Of a stretch of 64,000 nt of DNA, positions 27,220 to 36,563 are shown one piece after another. The notes beneath the pieces were generated by a model. That model searched no databases, had not been told where the DNA came from, and worked only from the letters and a program-made list of their open reading frames with translations. The stretch spans positions 1-64,000 of the forward strand of contig CAWBAT010000008.1 in assembly GCA_963786955.1 (NCBI GenBank), in the 5' to 3' direction. Numbering within the stretch: the stretch's first letter is position 1; every line of letters starts with the position of its first letter. The translations under genes were made by a program, and so were the position numbers. The DNA comes from an uncultured Acidimicrobiia bacterium. GTDB taxonomy: Bacteria > Acidobacteriota > Terriglobia > Versatilivoradales > Versatilivoraceae.

Positions 27220-30200
27220 ATGCCTTCTAACTGGGAAAAAATCGAACAGATTTATCAAGAGGCCCTGAGCCTGGCGCCGGACGAGCGGGATGCTTTCATT
27301 CAGGCCGCTGCGGGGGGAGACAAGGATCTGCGCCGGGAGATTGAGTCCCTCTTATCTTTCGAACCCAAAGCCGAAAGGTTCCTGGCAGGGAATGCCTTGC
27401 GTTCGACCGCCAAGGGACTGGTCAAAGAGCAGGTTCGTTCTTTGCTTGGGCAGCAGATCGGCGCGTACAGGATTGACTCCTTGCTCGGGGCAGGCGGGAT
27501 GGGGGAAGTTTACCGGGCTGTGGATACCCGTCTCAATCGAACCGTCGCCATCAAATTTCTGCTCTCACATTTGTCAGCACGCCCGGATTTGCGAAAGCGT
27601 TTTGAGCGCGAGGCTCGATCGATCTCCAATCTCAACCATCCCCATATTTGTACTCTCTATGATATTGGCCAGCATGATGGTCGAGATTTTCTGGTGATGG
27701 AATACCTGGAAGGGAAGACCTTGGCCCAGCAGCTGAAGGAGGGTTCATTGCCTGTGGATCAAGTGTTGCGATACGCGCTCCAGATTGGCGACGCGCTGAC
27801 CCAGGCTCACGCGCAAGGGGTGATTCATCGGGACTTAAAGCCGGGCAACATCATGCTGACTACCCGAGGTGCGAAGTTGCTGGACTTTGGGTTGGCTAAG
27901 CTGGAGGCCGAGCCACAACCGTCAGGATTAACAACCGTCGGCTTGGCCGCGGAAGGGAAGAGTCTGACAGCCGAAGGGATCATTATGGGAACTTTGGAAT
28001 ATATGGCTCCGGAACAACTCGAAGGCAAGGAGGCCGACGCGCGGACCGACGTTTTCTCGTTTGGGACGGTCATCTATGAGATGGCGACCGGGCGGAAAGC
28101 GTTTACCGGGGAAAGCAAGGCAAGTGTGATTGTTAAGATTCTGACGGGAGAACCTCCGCCAGTCACGAGCCTACAGCCCTTGACACCACCTGAACTGGAG
28201 GAGGTCGTCGAGAGATGCTTAAGGAAAGAGCCAGTCGAACGCTGGCAAAATGCCGCAGAAGTCACTCACCGACTCAGGCAGATTGCCGGGAACGCAGCGT
28301 CTCTATCAACACTACAGCCAATCCCTAAAACGGTGAAGGAGGGTTCCGAAGATAAGGTTGCTGCCCGGTCTTCAACCTTAACTGATACGCAACCATCGAT
28401 AAAACAGGCATCGAACCTCTTGTCACAGCTGATTCTTTCCCGAAGCTGGCAGCTCAGTTTCGTCGGAATCCTGTTAGTTCTCATTTTAGGAGCCCTATTC
28501 TTCAGGAGAGTGTGGCAACCCCAAGTGGAAAAACCCAAGGAGATATCTTTCAAACCGCTCACCTCGTATTCATGGGGTCACTCAGTGGAGTCTGCTGCCA
28601 TCTCACCCGATGGCAAATACCTCGCCTTTTGTTCGAAAGGGAAACTGTTTGTACAGGTGATCAGTACCGGGGAGAAGCGTTCCCTTGCCATGCCTGAAGG
28701 GTTTACAGCGGGCAGCGTCTCCTGGTTCCCTGACGGAACCAAGCTCTTACTCAGCCGAGCCGAGGAACGATGGATTCAAGTGAAGGGTCAGACGACTCAG
28801 CAGTCAGACACATCCCTCTGGTCCGTCTCGCTCCTGGGAGGCACTCCACAGAAGATCGTGGACCATGCAATATTCCCCTCTGTTTCCCCGGACGGATTGC
28901 TCGTTGCCTTTAATCGTTTTGACCTTGAGCGGCAGACCGCCGATATCTGGGTGGTGAGCGTCAATGGAGAGATGCCGCGCCGGATTCGGGCTTCCTCCCA
29001 GCCCAACCAGGGCTACTATGCCCCGGTGTGGTCCTCAACCGGGCAACGTTTTTTCTACTTCCGCGACTACAATAAAGCCCAATGGCTCGAAAGCTGTGAT
29101 TTACGTGGGGAGCAGGTCACGAACATTTTTCCCTCAAAAACGGGCCTGGAGTATGATTACGGTTGGGAAGGCTTTCAAAGTTTTTGCTGGGCTCCAGATG
29201 GAAGAATCATCTTTTCCATGAAGGAGAAGGGGCTAACTGCGGCTAATCTTTGGGAGATCAAGGTCAATGCGGCGACCGGCCGACCCTTGAGCCAGGCTCG
29301 ACGTTTCACGGAGTGGACCAGCTTTAGCACAGTATATATCGGCAGTCTCAGTATTACTTCTGACGGGAAGCAGCTGGCAGTGCTCAGAGAAAATCTTCAG
29401 ACTGATGTATATGTAGCGGGCCTTGGGCTCGGCGGTAAAGCCATGAAGAATCCCAGGCGTTTGACGCTGGTGGAGACCGATGACGCTGTTTGGGATTGGA
29501 CGACTGACAGCCGTGCGGTTCTCTTCGAATCGAACCGGAATGGAAACCGGGACCTTTTCAAACAAGACATTGGCCAGACGGAGGCCGAAACCATTGTTGT
29601 CAGTCCGGAGAACGAGTCACACCCAAATCTCAGCCCGGATGGGGCCTTCATCCTATACTTGGTTTCAGAGAAGGCTGGCCCCGATGCGACGCGCTTGATG
29701 CGGATTCCGGTTGGTGGCGGCCCTCCAGAATTGGTGTTGAGCGGGGAGAAGATTAGGAACTTTTCCTGTGCCCGCGAGGCGAAGCTGTGTGTTGTCGACG
29801 AGGAGGAGGATGGGAAGCAGGTCCTAACCACCTTCGATCCAGTAAAGGGCAGAGGCGACAAGCTTCCATCGTCAGACTATCCGAACTTTGAGAGGGGTAT
29901 CCTCTCGCCTCAGGGCCGATTAATCGACAAATTGAAGTCGGGTCCGGAAGGCCTCCAGATTTGTGTCCGCTCAGTGACAGGAGGGTCTGCTCAAGAAATC
30001 ACCTTTAAAAACCTGACTGGAGACTACACATTCTCTGGCTGGTCCCCCGACGGAAAGGGAATCTACCTTGCGGAGCATCCCTCTTCAGATTCAAAAGATT
30101 TGATTCTCTATGCGGGCTTGGATGGCCACAGCCAGGTACTTTGGAAGCGCGGAGCGAATCGAGGACAGGGGATTGACTATCCCATCCCTTCTCCCGACGG

Positions 30201-30264
30201 ACGGTATCTTGCCTTCACACTCGGCACTTCTGAATCGAATGCATGGCTGCTGGAGAATTTCTGA
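27220..30264 (+). CDS. Ser/Thr protein kinase with TM helix and TolB/PD40 beta-propeller
   Basis: GAGGMGEVY, VAIK, HRDLKPGN, DFG and YMAPE motifs; TM near residue 420; multiple SPDG repeats. Confidence 0.93.
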   Translation: MPSNWEKIEQIYQEALSLAPDERDAFIQAAAGGDKDLRREIESLLSFEPKAERFLAGNALRSTAKGLVKEQVRSLLGQQIGAYRIDSLLGAGGMGEVYRAVDTRLNRTVAIKFLLSHLSARPDLRKRFEREARSISNLNHPHICTLYDIGQHDGRDFLVMEYLEGKTLAQQLKEGSLPVDQVLRYALQIGDALTQAHAQGVIHRDLKPGNIMLTTRGAKLLDFGLAKLEAEPQPSGLTTVGLAAEGKSLTAEGIIMGTLEYMAPEQLEGKEADARTDVFSFGTVIYEMATGRKAFTGESKASVIVKILTGEPPPVTSLQPLTPPELEEVVERCLRKEPVERWQNAAEVTHRLRQIAGNAASLSTLQPIPKTVKEGSEDKVAARSSTLTDTQPSIKQASNLLSQLILSRSWQLSFVGILLVLILGALFFRRVWQPQVEKPKEISFKPLTSYSWGHSVESAAISPDGKYLAFCSKGKLFVQVISTGEKRSLAMPEGFTAGSVSWFPDGTKLLLSRAEERWIQVKGQTTQQSDTSLWSVSLLGGTPQKIVDHAIFPSVSPDGLLVAFNRFDLERQTADIWVVSVNGEMPRRIRASSQPNQGYYAPVWSSTGQRFFYFRDYNKAQWLESCDLRGEQVTNIFPSKTGLEYDYGWEGFQSFCWAPDGRIIFSMKEKGLTAANLWEIKVNAATGRPLSQARRFTEWTSFSTVYIGSLSITSDGKQLAVLRENLQTDVYVAGLGLGGKAMKNPRRLTLVETDDAVWDWTTDSRAVLFESNRNGNRDLFKQDIGQTEAETIVVSPENESHPNLSPDGAFILYLVSEKAGPDATRLMRIPVGGGPPELVLSGEKIRNFSCAREAKLCVVDEEEDGKQVLTTFDPVKGRGDKLPSSDYPNFERGILSPQGRLIDKLKSGPEGLQICVRSVTGGSAQEITFKNLTGDYTFSGWSPDGKGIYLAEHPSSDSKDLILYAGLDGHSQVLWKRGANRGQGIDYPIPSPDGRYLAFTLGTSESNAWLLENF

Positions 30265-30266
30265 GG

Positions 30267-30926
30267 TAGGGACAGCCATCCTGGCTGTCTGCTTTTTGAT
30301 TAGGAGGATAACAGGCAGGGATGCCCGTTGCTACCATGTTTCAGGGAGTAGGAGTGGTAGCTACGATTAGCGCAACTTACGCGCTAATCGTGGGCTGTTG
30401 ACCGGCGCGGGCGGGAGCGAAGAAACCGTTAAAACGGTTACCGACTCTTTATCTGCCGCGCAGACCCCTCGATGAATCGAGGGGTTAAAAAGAGAGATCC
30501 TGGCACGACAGCTTTGAAAGGAAGCCCAACCGATAAAGGTGGACCGAGCGCATGGGACCGCTATCCCCCTGCGCACGCTCACGAACATGTATGGGGACTG
30601 CCGTCATGCGTTGATTTAATCAAGGCGGCACCTTTATGCATCGAAGGCACGCTCAAAAACGTCCGGAGAAGCACGCCCATTCTTCGATTAACCCCTCGAT
30701 GAATCGATGGGTTAATAAGAATACTCAGAATATCAGGCAAGCAGGCTCATCAGCTGTTGGCCTCGCCGACGATAAACTTGTTGGTGATGTCCTCGAATTG
30801 CCCACGATTAAACGCGAACTGCTCGTTTAATCATGGCTACCAAGAATATCCAAACCTCATTAACCCCTCGATTTATCGAGGGGTAACAGAAACCCTTTGT
30901 TGGCGGCTAACCGTTTTAACGGTTTT
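30267..30926. repeat. REP field upstream of tnpA
   Basis: GTAG pairs plus cccctcgat..atcgagggg hairpins (about 30465, 30690, 30862) and aaccgttaaaacggtt hairpins (about 30424, 30909). Confidence 0.85.
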
Positions 30927-30947
30927 TCCCCGAAGGAGGTATTTTCA

Positions 30948-31493
30948 GTGTCTGTTCATTCATACTCCCGTTGTTGGCTTCATCTGATCTGGTCAACCTT
31001 GAATCGAGAACGGATGCTGTTTGGAGACACAGCAATGAAGGTGTCGGCCTTCCTCTCTGAGTATGCCGAGTCGAAAGGCATTTATATGAAGATTAATCAT
31101 GTTAATCCCGAGCATGTGCATGCACTGATTGACCAGCCCACCCAATATTCTATCGAAGAGGTACTCAAGCTTCTTAAAGGAAGCTCGTCCCACTGGATCA
31201 ATCAAAACCGTCTGCTTCGAGGAAGATTCTTCTGGGGACGGGGATACGGAGTTTTTTCGGTTTCGGAATCCAATCTAGCTCAGGTGGCCCGATACATTGC
31301 AGCTCAGGAAGAGCACCATCGGAAGAGAACGTTCTTAGAAGAATACCAACACATGATCAAACGATACGGGCTCCAATGGCATGGGGAAGAAACCGTTAAA
31401 ACGGTTACCGCCTCTTTCTCTGGCACCAACCCCTCGATGAATCGAGGGGTTAATAAGAGGGCTCATTGCACTGGAGAGCACTCAGGAAGCTGA
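30948..31493 (+). mobile_element. tnpA: IS200-like HUH (Y1) transposase / RAYT-like TnpA, no tnpB
   Basis: AAGGAGGT then GTG 30948; HLIWST, EHVHAL (HUH), KGSSSHW, WGRGYGVFSVS and YIAAQEEHH (catalytic Tyr). Confidence 0.9.
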
Positions 31494-31705
31494 AATGAAC
31501 GTGGTGGAGCGGGCGCTCCTGCGCACGCAATGTTTTTGTAAGCACATACTCACCAACGTGAGCGTGCGGCCGCTCTTGATTTACCCATCGATGAATCGAG
31601 GGGGTTAAAAAGGACATTGTGATGAACCCCCCTGAAGTCTCCCCTTGTTCATGTTCAAGGGGGGACGCATTGAAGTGAGCAAGGGAGGGCTTTAGGGGGG
31701 CTGTG
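31388..31705. repeat. REP field downstream of tnpA
   Basis: aaccgttaaaacggtt, cccctcgatgaatcgagggg (about 31430 and, degenerate, 31585), GTGG-type repeat, CCCCTT..AAGGGG hairpin. Confidence 0.8.
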
Positions 31706-31718
31706 CAGGGATCTCCAC

Positions 31719-33245
31719 TCACTGAAAGACGGGATCTGCCAGCTTTGCCAGCAGGATTGCAGATGCCTTTTCAACATCCGTATGGAGCGAATTGCCGTTA
31801 GCATCCATGGTCACAATGGCTGGGAAGTCCTTTACCCGAATATGCCACATTGCCTCAGGGATTCCGAATTCGAGAAGATAAACGTTCAGTACCTCTTCGA
31901 TGCAGCGAGAATAATACTGCGCGGCCCCGCCGATGGCGTTGAGATAAACGGCGCCAGATTCTTTCATGCCAGCTAGAGTCTTAGCTCCCATCCCACCTTT
32001 GCCCATAACGGCGCGAACGCCAAATCGCTTGATGATGTCGGCTTGATAAGGTTCCTCCCGAGAACTGGTGGTAGGCCCGGCAGCAGTGATTCGGTAATTC
32101 CCATTGTTCTTCAACACGACTGGACCGCAATGATAGAGGATCATTCCCTCTAAGCTGACCGGAGGATCATGTTTCATGAGATAGGAGTGGACAGCATCTC
32201 GACCCGTATACATTTCTCCATTCACGAGCACAACGTCTCCCACCTTCAACCGTCGTACCTGCTCCACACTTAAGGGGGCTTGGAGCCGGATTTCTTTGCC
32301 CGTGAGATGGAATCCTTCTCCAGTGCTCATTGCACGCGGTGGCTTTTCATCGCGATAGAGCCAGCGCTTGATCGCTCCAGTCGAAGCATCCAAAACGACT
32401 CCGAGGCGGCGAAAGGCCCAGCAGTCGTAAGCAACAGAGACGAAGAAACTCGCAGGCAAGCGGTTCAACACGCCGACCTTGCACCCGATCAGTGTGATAT
32501 TTCCTCCAAACCCCATCGTTCCTATCCCAAGGGTGTTCGCAGCACGCATCACGTAATCTTCGAGTGTGGCGAGTTCAGGATTCGGATTGGTGTCGTCCAG
32601 AGTTCGAAACAGCTGTTCTTTTGCATAGGTGTAGCCTGATGTTCTATCCCCACCGATGCAAACCCCAATCGCCCCAGCGCTGCATCCTTGACCTTGGGCT
32701 TGCCAGACCGCGTGCAACATGCACTTTCGCACTCCGTCAAGTGTCCGGTCAGCCCGTCCCAAATGAGGCAATTCACAGGGAAGAGAGTATTGAATGTTCT
32801 TGTTTTCGCATCCGCCACCCTTCAAAATAAGTTTAACTTCAATTTCATCTTCACTTTCCCACTGCTCGAAGTGCATGATCGGAGTGCCGGGGCCCGAGTT
32901 GTCGCCAGAGTTCTTACCCGTTAGGGAATCAACCGAATTAGGCCGCAACTTTCCTTGCCGGGTCGCTTCGGCGATTGCTTCCCGAATCCATTGCTTCATT
33001 TGTATTTGATTGGCGCCTATCGGCGTTTTGATCTTGAAAGTGGGCATCCCGGTATCTTGGCAGATGGGACCCTGATCCTCATACGCCTCATCGATATTGG
33101 TTGCGATGACGGCCAGGGCCTGAGAAGACTGTGAAGGCGTCTGTTCATTTTCTACAGCTGCCGCCATGGCAACCCGGACATCTGGTGGCAAATTTGTGGA
33201 TGTCTGGATGATCAGCTCGACCATGCTATCCCTGAAACGCAACAT
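31719..33245 (-). CDS. class I fumarate hydratase (fused alpha/beta Fe-S hydro-lyase)
   Basis: PICQDTG, KGGGCEN, TGRDAVH, YHCGP, AGPTTSSR and GIPEAMW motifs. Confidence 0.92.
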   Translation of the reverse strand: MLRFRDSMVELIIQTSTNLPPDVRVAMAAAVENEQTPSQSSQALAVIATNIDEAYEDQGPICQDTGMPTFKIKTPIGANQIQMKQWIREAIAEATRQGKLRPNSVDSLTGKNSGDNSGPGTPIMHFEQWESEDEIEVKLILKGGGCENKNIQYSLPCELPHLGRADRTLDGVRKCMLHAVWQAQGQGCSAGAIGVCIGGDRTSGYTYAKEQLFRTLDDTNPNPELATLEDYVMRAANTLGIGTMGFGGNITLIGCKVGVLNRLPASFFVSVAYDCWAFRRLGVVLDASTGAIKRWLYRDEKPPRAMSTGEGFHLTGKEIRLQAPLSVEQVRRLKVGDVVLVNGEMYTGRDAVHSYLMKHDPPVSLEGMILYHCGPVVLKNNGNYRITAAGPTTSSREEPYQADIIKRFGVRAVMGKGGMGAKTLAGMKESGAVYLNAIGGAAQYYSRCIEEVLNVYLLEFGIPEAMWHIRVKDFPAIVTMDANGNSLHTDVEKASAILLAKLADPVFQ

Positions 33246-33417
33246 AGAACCTCCTTAGTACCTGGGACAAGCCCACGACAGTTAATCTTAACACCCCGAA
33301 TAATCTGTTAAAAGGGTCGAATTCTTGTTATAAGCTACGCAAGTCTTGAGTAAAAGGCGTCTTGATTGATTCTCCACGACCGCCAGCCTTTCAATACTAG
33401 AGCACAATCTTTGACCC

Positions 33418-34101
33418 ATGCATAAACATTGTCCTTCTTGTCATCAGTTATTGGATGAATCAGTTCAGCTCTGCCCAAGTTGTGGGACCTCGGTCGGTGA
33501 TGTCCAACCCCTGGATGCGCCCGTCCGAATTGCAGAAGGCCAATTGCCACCCCCGTTGATTCCTGACGGCCCAGGACAGGCGGCTCCCCCACCCGCAACT
33601 TTTCATTATTCGACTCCTGGTTCAATCGACCCGAATCTATTGAAACCCGCTTTCTTGGGTGCCATCATCTTAGGTGTTCTTTGTGCGGTCCCCCTCGTCA
33701 ATTGTTGTTGTTTCTTGTGGATTAGTGGTGCAGGGATTGCTGCCGTTTACCTGTTACGCCAGGAATATGGGGGAGAGATCTCGCCTGGGCTAGGCGCTAA
33801 GCTTGGGTTTCTGACAGGGATTCTAGGTGCCTTATTCTGGCAGGTTCTCGAGCTTCCAATTTCCTATATTAAGAGCCCGGAAGCAGCGAGGCAATTGCAG
33901 GAGTTGCTCAAAAACCAAAATATTCCTTCAGAAGCCTTGCCGTTTGTTGAGAAGTTCATGGAGATTATGAAAGATCCGTTTAATCCTTTGCTTCTGCTCA
34001 TCGGAATCAGTTTCAAGTTGTTTGCCTGCGGGATCTTGACCACGCTAGGGGGGATTCTCGGATCCGCTTTCTGGAGTAAGCCGAAACCCCCTAACCCTTG
34101 A
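33418..34101 (+). CDS. zinc-ribbon membrane protein
   Basis: CPSC..CPSC N-terminus, Pro-rich linker, TM helices with NCCCFLW. Confidence 0.7.
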   Translation: MHKHCPSCHQLLDESVQLCPSCGTSVGDVQPLDAPVRIAEGQLPPPLIPDGPGQAAPPPATFHYSTPGSIDPNLLKPAFLGAIILGVLCAVPLVNCCCFLWISGAGIAAVYLLRQEYGGEISPGLGAKLGFLTGILGALFWQVLELPISYIKSPEAARQLQELLKNQNIPSEALPFVEKFMEIMKDPFNPLLLLIGISFKLFACGILTTLGGILGSAFWSKPKPPNP

Positions 34102-34157
34102 TTATAATTGGTTTATAGATTCTTCGGGTTTCTCAGTCTTCCTCTCATGCTCCCCCT

Positions 34158-34267
34158 GAAGGTGTTAAGAAATTGGGGCGGCCCTCTATGAGCGCCGACC
34201 AAGCCGTTGAAATGAAAAGAACACGGCGGGCACAGACCGCCGCTACAACTGATTTTTTCACACCTCC
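34158..34267. mobile_element. MITE family A copy (inverted orientation)
   Basis: gaaggtgttaagaaatt / gattttttcacacctcc ends, CCT duplication (34155-34157, 34268-34270), same REP core as 368-468. Confidence 0.72.
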
Positions 34268-34578
34268 CCTGTCGATTGGTTCGCTGCAAACCATCAAAAT
34301 CACTGGCATAACTTTCGTTCCCTCAGACTCGTGCGGATTAGGTATTTCCTGAATCCCATGCTGGCTTCGTCTCTCCATTTAAGCCTAGTGCCACAAATCG
34401 GCCTACAGTTAAGCCATTCAAGCATTTTTGACCTTGACTTTTAAACCCTTTGGATTTTAGATATAACCAATTTCATTCTAGGTTGATCCTGTGCGGTCCC
34501 GTACGATTTGCTGTTCCAGAGAGATTGTGTTGTAGAGCTCCATACCTTAAGTGACCTTATTGATAAGGAGGATTGAGC

Positions 34579-34995
34579 GTGACCATGGATGAGAACGATA
34601 AGCCAGTAGACTTCGCCGATTTGTTCGGAGACACTCTTGATGAAGAGACCGAAAAGCAAATTATACCGGCTACTGTTGAGCCCCCAGCCCCTCCTGCAGT
34701 AATTGTTCCGCCCGCAGCTGTCCCGGCGCCGCCCACTAAACCAAGACCGAAGCCGAAGGCAAAAGCGGCAAAGAAAGCTAAGGCGCCTGTGAAGAAAGTT
34801 GCCAAAAAGAAAGTAAAGGCTGCTACGAAGAAATCTGCCAAGAAGAAAGTGAAGTCCAAAACGAAAAAAGCCAAGGCTCCCGCGAAGAAAGCAAGAGTTG
34901 CTTCGAGAGCGAAGACTGCAAAAAAGACGGTAAAGAAGGCTAAGAAACGAGCCACAAAGACTGCTAAGAAAAAGTCGAAGAAGTCCAAGAAATAG
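34579..34995 (+). CDS. histone H1-like Lys/Ala-rich protein
   Basis: AAGGAGG RBS; acidic N-terminus, Pro-rich linker, long KKAK-type repeat tail; followed by a terminator. Confidence 0.8.
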   Translation: MTMDENDKPVDFADLFGDTLDEETEKQIIPATVEPPAPPAVIVPPAAVPAPPTKPRPKPKAKAAKKAKAPVKKVAKKKVKAATKKSAKKKVKSKTKKAKAPAKKARVASRAKTAKKTVKKAKKRATKTAKKKSKKSKK

Positions 34996-35020
34996 ACGTT
35001 GATTTCAGGGCTTAAGATGG

Positions 35021-35054
35021 AAGCCTGCCCTCTCTTTGGGCGGGCTTTTTTTTT
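35021..35054 (+). terminator. intrinsic terminator
   Basis: aagcctgccc-tctcttt-gggcgggctt followed by a T-tract. Confidence 0.85.
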
Positions 35055-35214
35055 GCAGCGACATTCCTGCTTGTTTTCAGGCGATGATGCCAAGGTTATT
35101 GAGAAACAAATGCTGATCGGAATGATTGTCCAATCCAAAACCCACTGCGTTTCTTCTCTTGCTCGCATCACGAAGTGAAGGAAATCCTAAACGGCAGCGC
35201 CAAGGAGGTGTTTG

Positions 35215-35595
35215 ATGAAGAAAGTCGTGACTGTAGCTCAAGGCCCCAAGCCGCAGGCTCCATACTCCCAGGCAATCATTGCAAATGGATTCGTATTTGT
35301 TTCGGGGCAGGGACCGATCTCATCAAAGACCGGCAAGATCGTACTTGGAGACATCAAGGATCAAACCCGTCTGGTGTTGGAAAACATCCAAACAATATTA
35401 GAAGCGGCAGGATCCTCGTTAGATAAGGCAGTCAAATGTAGTGTATTCTTGAAAGATATTCATGATTTTGCAGCAATGAACGAAGTGTACAAAACCTTTT
35501 TTAGGGAAAACCCCCCAGCGCGGACGACTGTCCAGGCAGGCGATATTTTTGGGGGCATCGGAGTAGAAATTGATTGTATCGCGACACTCGAATAA
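35215..35595 (+). CDS. RidA/YjgF family enamine deaminase
   Basis: PYSQA, FVSGQ, MNEVY, PPARTT and VEIDCIA motifs. Confidence 0.92.
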   Translation: MKKVVTVAQGPKPQAPYSQAIIANGFVFVSGQGPISSKTGKIVLGDIKDQTRLVLENIQTILEAAGSSLDKAVKCSVFLKDIHDFAAMNEVYKTFFRENPPARTTVQAGDIFGGIGVEIDCIATLE

Positions 35596-35643
35596 AGCAG
35601 CCGTTTTCCCGGGCTGAGGCTGGGAATGGTTCCCATCCCCTGA

Positions 35644-36441
35644 TCAAGAATTTGAATTGGATGCAGTGAAAACCGGTATCACGGGCGCCATTGTGCTAGG
35701 TGGAGCATCTCCGGCATAGAGTACTCTTTCCAGGAAAAGCCCCGAGGCTGGAGCCGTCCACTGACCCGTGGATCCGTTGGTTTTTCCAAGGAATTGATGG
35801 ACAATTTCGGGTTCCAATTCACCTAAACCGATTCGAACAACCACTCCAACAATGCGGCGAACCATTCTCCAAAGATAGTGCGAGGCTCCTAGCCGAATGA
35901 GAAGGAGGTCCTGAGCCACTACGATCCGGGCTTCTGTTAATTCGACGATTGTCGAGCCTTGCTCGTTGGCCCGCTCCGTAAACGAGCGAAAATCATGTCT
36001 TCCGCAAAACAGGCTTAGGGCGTTTTCGATCTTCTTGACGTCGATTTGGCCTTTGACCCACCAGACGTAATCTTTGGCAAAAGCGGTTCGACGGGTTGAA
36101 ATTTGATACAGGTAGTACCTTGCAATTGCTGAGTGGCGTGCATGAAATCGCTCGGAAGAAGGTTCGACCTTCAAGACGTGGATGTCCGGCGGCAATTTTA
36201 GATTTAAGCCGTCGCAGATCTGATCCGGAGGGAACTTCTTAAGAGTGCGCAAATGCGCTATTTGAGCTAAGGCATGGACCCCCGCATCCGTTCTACCAGA
36301 ACCGCCGATGTCCACCTCTTCATGAAAGTACTCCTCTGCGGCTTTCCTTAATTCTCCCTGAATGGTTCTTCCTTGTGCCTGTTCCTGCCAGCCCAGATAA
36401 CGAGTTCCTTTGTACTCAACAGTTAGTTTCAAGGTTGGCAT
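35644..36441 (-). CDS. truA: tRNA pseudouridine(38-40) synthase
   Basis: YKGTRYLGWQ, GRTDAGVHA, FHARHSA, MVRRIVG and APASGLFL motifs. Confidence 0.92.
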   Translation of the reverse strand: MPTLKLTVEYKGTRYLGWQEQAQGRTIQGELRKAAEEYFHEEVDIGGSGRTDAGVHALAQIAHLRTLKKFPPDQICDGLNLKLPPDIHVLKVEPSSERFHARHSAIARYYLYQISTRRTAFAKDYVWWVKGQIDVKKIENALSLFCGRHDFRSFTERANEQGSTIVELTEARIVVAQDLLLIRLGASHYLWRMVRRIVGVVVRIGLGELEPEIVHQFLGKTNGSTGQWTAPASGLFLERVLYAGDAPPSTMAPVIPVFTASNSNS

Positions 36442-36563
36442 AGGCGCATAGTCTATCACAGGTGCCCCGTGAACGAGATCTAAGGAGTCACTCAAACGAT
36501 AGGCAAAGGAAGGTTTATTTTTATCTCCCTTCCTTTTCTTCGAAATCATCTATAATTCATTCT

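Noticed and set aside
30460-31610. Recurrent cccctcgatgaatcgagggg as a CRISPR array
   Set aside because: Spacing is irregular (about 150-570 bp), a gene lies between copies, and there are no cas genes; REP hairpins explain it better.
34557-35171. 204-aa Phe-rich minus-strand ORF
   Set aside because: Antisense shadow of the Lys-rich gene (AAG/AAA read as CTT/TTT).
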